From Myxococcota bacterium (GTDB lineage Bacteria > Myxococcota_A > UBA9160 > UBA4427): 64,000 nt of DNA. A program made the translations under genes and the position numbers. The notes below the pieces were generated by a model. The model was not told where the DNA came from. It searched no databases and saw only the letters and a list, made by a program, of their open reading frames with translations. Positions within the stretch are counted from its first letter, which is position 1, and each line of letters starts with the position of its first letter. Of the stretch, positions 19,193-27,035 are shown in pieces. The stretch spans positions 72,991-136,990 of the forward strand of contig JBGCEJ010000010.1 in the NCBI GenBank assembly GCA_045106235.1, given 5' to 3'.

Positions 19193-20842
19193 ATGAAAAT
19201 CGCGAACGAACAAGGTCGATCGATGGGGAAGCGCACCGGAGTGGGGGGTATGGTCAGTATGCTCTGCGCGTTCACTTTCGGATGTGCCTCGCCTGTGACG
19301 GATCACCCGGAATTTGACCTGAGTCGGGAACTCTCGGAGCTCGATGTGGTGGACTGCGTGGTCGAAGGCGCTGTTCGCCAGGTCGGCCGCAGCTTCGCCT
19401 ATCAAGAGCAGCCGCGTATGGCTCGGGTGACCGAGTTCGAGTGTGCTTCGATGGGGGGCACATTTGTCGCCTACGATGCCACGCGGCCGGACGCCGTCAT
19501 GGAGAAATGGTTGTCGTTCGCCGAGGGGGGTGATCCCGACGCGCAGCATCGTCTTGGCCTTCTCTATGAAGGCGCGATGGGGGCCGCTCCGGACTACAAG
19601 AAGGCGGCCTACTGGTACGGCCAGGCGGCGGATTCGGGGCATCGCGGAGCGATGTCTTCCCTGAGCGTGCTCTACGAAAAGGGGCTCGGGGTCGAGAAGG
19701 ACGTGCTGAAGGCGCTGAACCTTTACCGCGAATCTTCAGGGCTCTCGGGCGATAGCCTCATGCTTTCTTCGACTGCCTATGCCGAAATTGAAGAGGCGAA
19801 GGGCGAGCTCACGGACGAAATCGGGATGCTCCGGACTCAGCGCGAAGCGCTGACGGCGCAGGTTTCGGCTTTGACCCGCTCCTCCGCTTCCCGAGATGCG
19901 GCGAGTGCCAAGAAGGTCAAAGCGCTCCAGTCTCTTGTTTCGGATCTCAACCAGAAAGTCTCGAAGAAGGAAGAAGTGCTCGTCGCGATGCCTTCTTACA
20001 GATTGCTGCAGCGCGATGCGAATCCGTCGCGGGTGACGGAGTTTGATTTCCCGAAGTTGCCGACCAAGAAGCTTGGGAAGCGAACGGTCGGCCAGTTCTA
20101 CGCTCTGGTGATCGGGAATACGAAATACGAAAAGATGCCGGATCTCCAGACCCCGCGGAATGATGCGGAAGTGATCGCATCGCTTCTGACGAATCGGTTT
20201 GGGTTTTCGACGCAGCTTCTCCTCGATGCCAATGAGGAAGAAATTAAGCGCGCGATTCATAAACTGAACGGCGTGGCCGGAGAGAAAGATAATATTCTGC
20301 TCTACTTCGCCGGTCATGGACATCGCAAGAAGGGGACGGATCGGGCTCGCTTAAATGGGTATTGGCTGCCGACGAACGCGGACCAAGACCAGGACGTGAA
20401 CTGGGTCGATAATTGGTGGGTGACGAATCACCTGGACACCTCCATCGCCAAGCGCGCGCTCGTGATCGCGGATTCCTGCTACGGCGGCGTCTTCTCGACG
20501 GATCTTCCGATTGGTCCGGTGACGCAGCTTCCGCCGCTCGGTGAAGCCGATTTTGAAAAGAAGCTCGAACGAAAGAGCCGCTTCGTCTTGGCCTCGGGTG
20601 GCGAGCAGCCCGTTCTGGATGCGACGGGTCCGGGCTCGGAACATTCCGTTTTTGCGGGGGCCTTGATTGAGGTGCTGCAGCAGAGCGAAGGCCCCATGTC
20701 CGTCGTTGAGCTGTACGGGCGGGTGTTTGACCGGATGTACGATGCGCTCAAGTCGACGGGGATTAAGCAAGAGCCGGAGCTGCGCGTGATCCGCGCGGCC
20801 GGCCATCAGAGCGAGGGCGACTTTTTCTTCGTCGCGAACTAG
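19193..20842 (+). CDS. lipoprotein with Sel1/TPR repeats, a coiled coil and a caspase-like (peptidase C14) domain
   Basis: Lipobox is LCAFTFGC. Sel1 repeats include AQHRLGLLYEGAMG...YKKAAYWYGQAADSGH and AMSSLSVLYEKGLGV. The caspase His/Cys dyad contexts are LLYFAGHGH and LVIADSCYGG. The gene starts 22 nt after the preceding gene. Confidence 0.85.
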   Translation: MKIANEQGRSMGKRTGVGGMVSMLCAFTFGCASPVTDHPEFDLSRELSELDVVDCVVEGAVRQVGRSFAYQEQPRMARVTEFECASMGGTFVAYDATRPDAVMEKWLSFAEGGDPDAQHRLGLLYEGAMGAAPDYKKAAYWYGQAADSGHRGAMSSLSVLYEKGLGVEKDVLKALNLYRESSGLSGDSLMLSSTAYAEIEEAKGELTDEIGMLRTQREALTAQVSALTRSSASRDAASAKKVKALQSLVSDLNQKVSKKEEVLVAMPSYRLLQRDANPSRVTEFDFPKLPTKKLGKRTVGQFYALVIGNTKYEKMPDLQTPRNDAEVIASLLTNRFGFSTQLLLDANEEEIKRAIHKLNGVAGEKDNILLYFAGHGHRKKGTDRARLNGYWLPTNADQDQDVNWVDNWWVTNHLDTSIAKRALVIADSCYGGVFSTDLPIGPVTQLPPLGEADFEKKLERKSRFVLASGGEQPVLDATGPGSEHSVFAGALIEVLQQSEGPMSVVELYGRVFDRMYDALKSTGIKQEPELRVIRAAGHQSEGDFFFVAN

Positions 20843-20912
20843 CGCGCGTCAGACTTTGCGTCGCGCTACGCTTTCGCCGGACCGCGTGAGTGGGTCTGGA
20901 GGGAGTGAAGCG

Positions 20913-21359
20913 ATGGAAACGAACGATGTGGTGGCAGATTTTCGTGCCCAAAATCAGGACGGCAAAGAGGTGAGCCTCTCCGGGCTGCTAGAGGGTGGCC
21001 CCCTTGTGCTCTTCTTCTATCCGAAGGCGATGACCCCGGGTTGAACGCGCGAAAGCTGTCATTTCCGCGATTTGGCCGCTGAGTTCGAGGAACTCGGTGC
21101 TCAGCGCGTGGGGATCAGCGCCGATCCGGTGGATCGGCAAAAAGCGTTCGACGACAAAAATGGTTTGGGCTTTCCGCTGCTTTCGGACCCAGGTCGCGAG
21201 GTCGCGAAGCTTTTCGGGGTGAAGCGGTTCGGTCCACTCCCGAGCAAGCGAGCGAGTTTTGTGATCGATACGGACCGGAAGGTCCTGGGTGTGATCCGAA
21301 GCGAGATGGACATGGACGGACACGCGGATCAGGCGCTTTCGATTTTGAAGTCGCGCTAG
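20913..21359 (+). CDS. bcp: Bcp/PrxQ-type peroxiredoxin with in-frame TGA (candidate selenocysteine) at the peroxidatic Cys position
   Basis: ORFs 20856..21044 and 21072..21359 are in the same frame, separated only by TGA at 21042-21044. The joined sequence reads FFYPKAMTPG-U-TRESCHFRD, matching the Bcp motif PGCTxExC with the resolving Cys kept 5 residues downstream. ATG at 20913 follows GGAGGGA. Confidence 0.75.
21048..21069 (+). promoter_or_regulatory. candidate SECIS-like hairpin downstream of the peroxiredoxin UGA
   Basis: CGCGAAAG / loop CUGUCA / UUUCCGCG gives 7 pairs plus one A-C mismatch. The apical loop contains GU about 17 nt from the UGA. Confidence 0.4.
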
Positions 21360-21412
21360 GCCGCGCGGTCTGATCGCCGGAAAGAGTCTGGATGCGCCGG
21401 AATGCGCCGGGC

Positions 21413-21697
21413 CTAGTCTTCTGACTGGACGACCACGACCACGTCGCGAATCTCGGGGGCTTGGTCCGCGAGCATATCCTTCATCATGCCGGCCAGCGCA
21501 TTGGGCTCCATGATGCATTCCACGCATTGTTCATTCACGCCCTTGGCGTAGGCGACGCTGAGCTGATCGCCCTCGATTCGAAGCAGGGACACGCTGCCGC
21601 CGTCGGGTTTTACGATTTCGTCGAAGGCTTCGATCACGGCCTGGACGGCGGGGTTGACGGGGGGGAGGGCTGATGTCTCGGTCGCGGACGCACTCAT
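21413..21697 (-). CDS. NifU-like (Nfu-type) CxxC domain protein
   Basis: 94 aa. It has a KPDGGSVSLL...segment followed by QCVECIM (CxxC), as in NifU C-terminal domains. The start overlaps the upstream stop (ATGA at 21694-21697). Confidence 0.7.
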   Translation of the reverse strand: MSASATETSALPPVNPAVQAVIEAFDEIVKPDGGSVSLLRIEGDQLSVAYAKGVNEQCVECIMEPNALAGMMKDMLADQAPEIRDVVVVVQSED

Positions 21698-22260
21698 CGA
21701 TCGGCTCCGGTTTTTCCGCAGAGGCGTTCGATCACCGTTGGCGCGACCGCTTCAGCGAGGTTTTGGATCTCGGAATCGCTCCACATCGCAGTGGGGATCC
21801 AAGGGTAGTCGACGACCACGAAATCGTAGTCGGGATGTCCTGAGAGTCGCGCCATGGACTGGGCTGATCCGCGGACGGCTTCATGAATGATCGGGACAGC
21901 GGCAATGCCGGCCCACTCGAGTTCGATTGCGTCGCGCAAACTGCGCGCACTGCAGGAGCCTCAACCCCCGAAGCCGGTAATCGCGACCGAGACCTCCGAA
22001 GTGAGGCGCGCCCAGTCTGTGGGTTCCGGGGGGACGGAGACGCCGGCTTTAAGGACGTGGACCGAGGCGCTCGGGTTGGCCCGTCGCTCGATTTCGTCGC
22101 CGAGGGCGAGCATGAAATCTTCGCTGCGCCCGAGGCCGTTGGTCACGAGGCCGATCACTTGGCCGTCAAGGCTTGCGGGCCGGGAAGCCAGTTCGCGGTC
22201 GCCTTTGCGTTGGAGTGGTCCGCTTGTCGGATCGAGTCCGATGAGACTTTTTTGCGTCAT
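21694..22260 (-). CDS. UGSC-motif protein with in-frame TGA (candidate selenoprotein)
   Basis: Minus-strand ORFs 21961..22260 and 21694..21939 share one frame. The only interruption is TGA at 21963-21961. Read-through gives ...AITGFGG-U-GSC-SARSLRDAIELEW (a U-x-x-C redox motif). There is no SD before the TTG that opens the second ORF. GAAGGAG precedes ATG 22260. Confidence 0.7.
21931..21950 (-). promoter_or_regulatory. candidate SECIS hairpin downstream of the UGSC-gene UGA
   Basis: On the minus strand, 10 nt after the UGA: GU(G)CGCGCA / loop GUU / UGCGCGAC. This is an 8-bp GC-rich stem with one bulged G and G/U in the apical loop. Confidence 0.5.
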
Positions 22261-22306
22261 TCGAGCGCTCCTTCTGAGGTCGGCAGAGTCGGTGGGCTAT
22301 TCGGTG

Positions 22307-23287
22307 TTAGGCCGGGTCGATGTGTTGTGTGATGGCCCAGGCGAGATGAGGGAAGAAGATCCAGGTTGAGGCCATGCCGCGGCCGCCGGCGGCCACCAAT
22401 AGGAAACCTTCGGGGCCGGCGACGGAGACGGGGCGTTGGCCGGGCCCGGGATTGCGGCTCTTTTCGAAGAGGCGCTCGCGGATTTGAGTCTTGCTCCAGC
22501 CGGCTTCGAGGAAGAAGCGCTGATGCTCGGGACCGATCACCATCAGGACCGTGCCGTGTTCGAGGAAACGGTCCGCATAGACGCCCTTGCGCATTAACTC
22601 GTCGAGCCAAACATCACAGATGGCTTCCGGACTTCGGCTCTCGAAGTCGGCGACCTCGGCGACGCTCATTGCGGAATGGACGGTGACCGCGCTTTGGTCC
22701 CGACGGAGTCCTCGGTCGACATGGAGCGGTGTCCAGTCGCTTGCCGCCTCGTTTTCGCCGAAGCAGAAGGAGTAGCGGAACGGGCTCGCGAAGCTCGCGC
22801 GATCGAGAAAGCCTGGAATCGCTCGGCACACGTTTCGGATGACGAGGCGAAGCGCGCGGCCGATCGTGGCATTCGCGCGAAAGCCGGGTCCGAAGCAGCC
22901 TTCGCCGCATTCGATGTCGATCTCGTCTCGAACCGGTCCATTGACGACGACGATTTGCGAAGCGCCCGAGAGGGTGCCCGTGGTGCTATGGCAATTGCCT
23001 TTCTCGTGAAGGTGAGCGCGAACGGCGGCGACGACGATGGGGAAATAGCTGGGACGGCATCCGGCCATTACGGCGTTGATCGCCGCTTGTTCCGCGGTCA
23101 CCACGACTTCGCGGGTGGCGACTTCGCCGAGGATGGCATCCGGAGCGAGTCCGGCGACTGCGAGGAAGGCCTCGACTGCCTCGGGTGTGGGGGGCACGAT
23201 CGGAAGCCCGTCGGTCCAGCCGCGGGCGTCGTAGTCTTCGGCCAGGGCCGCATAGTCTTCGTAGGCGTGGCGTTCAGCGTTCAGCAT
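22307..23287 (-). CDS. conserved hypothetical protein (no family recognised)
   Basis: Long open frame with normal composition. ATG at 23287 was chosen because the 23383 start would overlap the upstream gene. Cys-rich core is HEKGNCHSTTG...IECGEGCFGPGFRAN. It lies 46 nt upstream of the UGSC gene. Confidence 0.6.
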   Translation of the reverse strand: MLNAERHAYEDYAALAEDYDARGWTDGLPIVPPTPEAVEAFLAVAGLAPDAILGEVATREVVVTAEQAAINAVMAGCRPSYFPIVVAAVRAHLHEKGNCHSTTGTLSGASQIVVVNGPVRDEIDIECGEGCFGPGFRANATIGRALRLVIRNVCRAIPGFLDRASFASPFRYSFCFGENEAASDWTPLHVDRGLRRDQSAVTVHSAMSVAEVADFESRSPEAICDVWLDELMRKGVYADRFLEHGTVLMVIGPEHQRFFLEAGWSKTQIRERLFEKSRNPGPGQRPVSVAGPEGFLLVAAGGRGMASTWIFFPHLAWAITQHIDPA

Positions 23288-23342
23288 CACCCCAAACGGT
23301 ACACCTCGGATTCGCCGCCCGCATGGGCCTTCCTGAGGGCCT

Positions 23343-24260
23343 CTACAGCTCGAGTTTGAAATGCTTAAGGGGATCGCCGGCATCTCCAGCCGGTGCCGGC
23401 AAGATCTGGCGCAGATGATCGCCTAATTTCCAGCCCCGCCTTATCTCGCGTTCTTTCCATTGGTCGGGGTATCCGAGGGAAACCTCCTCGAAGCGCACGT
23501 CGTCGATATACCGGGTGCAGGGGATATGGAGATGCCCGGAAATAACGACTCGCGCGCCGAATCGCGTATGCCAATCCTCGGTTCGTCGCGTGCCGCACCA
23601 GACCATGAAGCGCGGAATCAGGGGCAGGACCGCAAGTTCCTGGCGAAGCGGGAAGTGGGCGATCAGTATGGTGGGCAGTGGATTCTCAGCGAGCGCCGCG
23701 TCGAGCCGGGCTTCGCTTTCCTGGCAGCGGGCTGCGCACCACGCTCCAAAGTCCGGATAGGGCTCGGGCTTGATCAAGAGCTCGTCCGAGCACATCAGAT
23801 CCTTCTCACGCGCCCAGGCAACTGCGTCTTCAATCGGAACATCGTCCGGCCTAAAGCTGTAATCGTAAAAGAGGAAGAGCGGGGCGAGCAAATGTCGGCC
23901 GCCTTCTCCTTCCCAAACGGGGAAAGGGTCCTCGGGCGAGAGGACGCCGTATTCGCGGCAGATCTCGACGAGCTGGGTGTAGCGAGCGACGCCGCGCTTT
24001 CCTTCTTTGCGCGGGACGGTCCAAAGTTCGTGATTGCCCGGGACCCAGATCAGTTGCGCGAACTTTGCGTTCAGGACCTGGAAAGCAGTCCGAAGCTGGT
24101 CGGGTGTATCCGCGATATCGCCGCAGAGGATCAACCAGTCCTCAGGATGATCGGGGATCTCGGTGAGCGCGACGAGATTGGGCTTGAAGCCGACATGGAG
24201 GTCGCTGATGGCATGAAGCTTCACTAAGGGGCCTTTCGAAGTCGCTGCGGAGCGCATCAT
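23343..24260 (-). CDS. calcineurin-like metallophosphoesterase
   Basis: AISDLHVG, LCGDIADT, VPGNHELW and ISGHLHIP are the MPE metal-binding motifs. The internal ATG at 24260 gives a standard N-terminus. Confidence 0.8.
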   Translation of the reverse strand: MMRSAATSKGPLVKLHAISDLHVGFKPNLVALTEIPDHPEDWLILCGDIADTPDQLRTAFQVLNAKFAQLIWVPGNHELWTVPRKEGKRGVARYTQLVEICREYGVLSPEDPFPVWEGEGGRHLLAPLFLFYDYSFRPDDVPIEDAVAWAREKDLMCSDELLIKPEPYPDFGAWCAARCQESEARLDAALAENPLPTILIAHFPLRQELAVLPLIPRFMVWCGTRRTEDWHTRFGARVVISGHLHIPCTRYIDDVRFEEVSLGYPDQWKEREIRRGWKLGDHLRQILPAPAGDAGDPLKHFKLEL

Positions 24261-24457
24261 GGTGAAAATAGGAGCCGCAGTAAAGCGCTGAGGTGGACGG
24301 CAGCGGGGCGGCAGCTTGCCCGCAACGAGATGAATCACGCCGGAAACTTCTTCGTCCTGATGGTAATACACCTCACCTATTCAGAGGAAACACCGATTCA
24401 CTCTCGAACGGAAATCACCAACGGACCCCGCCGTCCACAGTCCGACGAGAGGCACCC

Positions 24458-25165
24458 ATGCGACCCCATCTCCCCGATACCAGTTTTCCCAGCCACCTGC
24501 GCTTACTGCTTTTGGCAGCCTCCGCTTTCGCGTGGGTCGGATGTTCGAGCGTGCCTCAGCTGTCGATGAACCCGAAGGCCGGCGTAGGTCCAGACTCCGC
24601 GCCCCGCACGGAGGCTGACGTGCGCTCCGAGACGACGGCCGCCGTGCAGCGCATGGATCCGTCCGGACCCGGGACCGTCTTTGAGAGCATCGAAGCCGCT
24701 GCGTCAGATGCCCTTGTCTATTCCTATCTGGTGTCCCGTTCCAACCGCGTCACCACGGGCGAAATTCGCGGCGGCGCAATCTTTCCGACAGAAGGCGGCT
24801 TCTCCTATGATGAGCCCGCTCGTTCGAGCGATGGGGCGTCGGGCCGGCTGCGGTACCGGCTCCAGCCAACGGATCTCGCTCACTACCGCCAGTTTCCCGC
24901 AGATGCGCGGACCGGCGTGATTTCCGCCACGGGCAACCTTCACGTTGATGACCGTCGTGTTGTGGATCGACGCGATCCTCTCAAGCGACCGCTTTACTAC
25001 CTAACGCCGAAGCGCCGAATAAAGGTCTACCTCGGTACGCAGGAGGGTGACCGAAATCTGGGTCGAATCGCTTTCGGGGTCCTGCGCGGCGCTACAGAAG
25101 TGGAGCTGACACGCCTCGGCACTCCTACGCCCACGGAAACGCTGCCGCTGGCCAAACATAATTAA
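24458..25165 (+). CDS. hypothetical lipoprotein
   Basis: ATG at 24458 follows GAGAGG. Lipobox is LAASAFAWVGC. The segment EIRGGAIFPTEGGFSYDEP is vaguely DUF4329-like, which is not verifiable here. Confidence 0.55.
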   Translation: MRPHLPDTSFPSHLRLLLLAASAFAWVGCSSVPQLSMNPKAGVGPDSAPRTEADVRSETTAAVQRMDPSGPGTVFESIEAAASDALVYSYLVSRSNRVTTGEIRGGAIFPTEGGFSYDEPARSSDGASGRLRYRLQPTDLAHYRQFPADARTGVISATGNLHVDDRRVVDRRDPLKRPLYYLTPKRRIKVYLGTQEGDRNLGRIAFGVLRGATEVELTRLGTPTPTETLPLAKHN

Positions 25166-25257
25166 CCGTTCAGCTCACTCGACACACCTGCGCCGGACCG
25201 ACTACGCTCGCGAAAGCGACGCCTTCGCGTCGTGCCAAACGCGTGAGGAGTTGAGCC

Positions 25258-25623
25258 ATGGATGCAGATCGGATTGTTCGAGACTTTTGTGCGGCCTGGG
25301 GTCGGGCCGACCTCGACGGGATCATGTCCGCCTTCGCTGAGGACGCGGTCTATCACAATATTCCGATGGACCCCTGCAAGGGCAAAGACGCCATTCGCGG
25401 GTTCATAGAGGGCTTTCTCAAGACGAGCCCGGGTGGGATCGATTTCGAGATCCTGAATCAGTCCGTCGCAGGCTCCGTCGTCTTGAACGAGCGGGTCGAC
25501 ACGTTTTCGATGGACGGCGCCCCAAAAGGGATTCCGGTCTGTGGCGTTTTTGAGCTGAACGCGGACGGTGAGATCGCCGCCTGGCGCGACTATTTTGATA
25601 TGGGCGCTTTCCAGGGGAACTAA
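25258..25623 (+). CDS. limonene-1,2-epoxide hydrolase/SnoaL-like NTF2-fold protein
   Basis: 121 aa. IVRDFCAAWGRADLDGIMSAFAEDAVYHNIPMDP and LNERVDTF...WRDYFD are typical of the LEH family. GAGGAG RBS. Confidence 0.75.
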   Translation: MDADRIVRDFCAAWGRADLDGIMSAFAEDAVYHNIPMDPCKGKDAIRGFIEGFLKTSPGGIDFEILNQSVAGSVVLNERVDTFSMDGAPKGIPVCGVFELNADGEIAAWRDYFDMGAFQGN

Positions 25624-25688
25624 CGCTGTCCAATCAAAACGAGCTGGATCCGGAAGCGGGGAACAAGGGCGCACGTTATGCGCTTTTC

Positions 25689-26933
25689 ATGCTGGCCTTG
25701 GCCTATGCGCTGAACTTTATTGATCGGCAAATCTTGGTCATCGTGCAGGAGCCGCTCAAGGCGGAGATGGGGCTCTCGGATACCCAACTGGGCTGGCTGA
25801 GCGGCTTTGCCTTCGCCGTCGTGTATATCACCGCGGGAATTCCGATTGCTTATATGGCGGATCGGAAGAACCGCCGGAATATCATTGGCGCCGCGGTCAC
25901 GGTCTGGAGCGGCATGACCGCGATCTCCGGGCTAGCGCAAAACTTCACGCAGCTTCTACTCGCTCGGATTGGCGTGGGAATTGGCGAGGCGGGCGGAAGT
26001 CCCCCGGCGCACTCGATGATCAGCGACTACTACCCGCCCGAAGAGCGCTCGGGCGCTCTCGCGATTTATTCTTCGGGGCTGCATTTCGGGATTTTTCTTG
26101 GCTTTCTGCTTGGCGGGGTGATCACCGAGGCGCTGGGTTGGCGCGCGGCGTTTATGGCGGTGGGCCTCCCGGGCATTCTGTTTTCTCTGATCTTCGTGCT
26201 CACCGTGCGGGAGCCCCTTCGCGGCCGCTGGGAGACACAGGAGGCGGCGGCCTACACGCCGACGCTGGGAGAGACGCTGCGACTCCTGATGCGCTTCAAG
26301 ACGTTTTGGTACATCGCGATGGGCTGCGGTCTAACGGCCTTCGCGGGTTACGGCGGCGGCAATTTCGCACCTTCATTTTTGCAGCGCAGTCACGGAATGA
26401 CTCTCGGCGATGCGGGCGTTGTGATGGCGATCGTGGCGGGCGGGTCGGGATTGCTGGGAACGCTGCTCGGGGGGAAGCTCGGGGATCGGCTGGGGCCCCG
26501 GGACCCGCGCTGGTATGTCTGGATCCCGATGATCGCGGGCTTTATCGCGGTTCCGCTGAGCTTTCCTTACCTCTTGCTCGATGACACGCGGGTCGTGGTC
26601 GTGCTGCTTTTCTTTGTCAGCATGGCGATCAACACGTATCTCGGGCCATGCCTTTCGGTCGTGCATGGACTCGTTCCGCCATCGATGCGGGCGCTGGCTT
26701 CGGCGGTGATGTTCTTCGTGCTGAACCTGGTGGGGCTCGGGCTCGGGCCGCTCACGGCAGGCATCTTGAGCGACTATTTTACCGGGATCTACGGGGCGGA
26801 TGGGCTGCGTTATGCGATCTTGATCGTCGGCATGATTGCCGGGATCGGCGTGCTGTTTTTCTTTCTCGCCGCGCGCAGCCTGAAAGAAGATATGGCCGCG
26901 AGCGAAGCCTTTATTCGCGAATCCGCGGGGTAG
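25689..26933 (+). CDS. MFS transporter (spinster-like subgroup)
   Basis: 12 predicted TM helices, NFIDRQIL after TM1 and MADRKNRRN (motif A). The true start is probably upstream of ATG 25689 (see findings). Confidence 0.85.
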   Translation: MLALAYALNFIDRQILVIVQEPLKAEMGLSDTQLGWLSGFAFAVVYITAGIPIAYMADRKNRRNIIGAAVTVWSGMTAISGLAQNFTQLLLARIGVGIGEAGGSPPAHSMISDYYPPEERSGALAIYSSGLHFGIFLGFLLGGVITEALGWRAAFMAVGLPGILFSLIFVLTVREPLRGRWETQEAAAYTPTLGETLRLLMRFKTFWYIAMGCGLTAFAGYGGGNFAPSFLQRSHGMTLGDAGVVMAIVAGGSGLLGTLLGGKLGDRLGPRDPRWYVWIPMIAGFIAVPLSFPYLLLDDTRVVVVLLFFVSMAINTYLGPCLSVVHGLVPPSMRALASAVMFFVLNLVGLGLGPLTAGILSDYFTGIYGADGLRYAILIVGMIAGIGVLFFFLAARSLKEDMAASEAFIRESAG

Positions 26934-27035
26934 GCCGCGCCTCTCTTTACCTTGCTCTACGCGCTCCACGCCCGCGGCGGGCCGGTTCATTCATTCGCAG
27001 GATCTTGCGGTTCGTCGAGCTGCCGCGTTGCCGAG

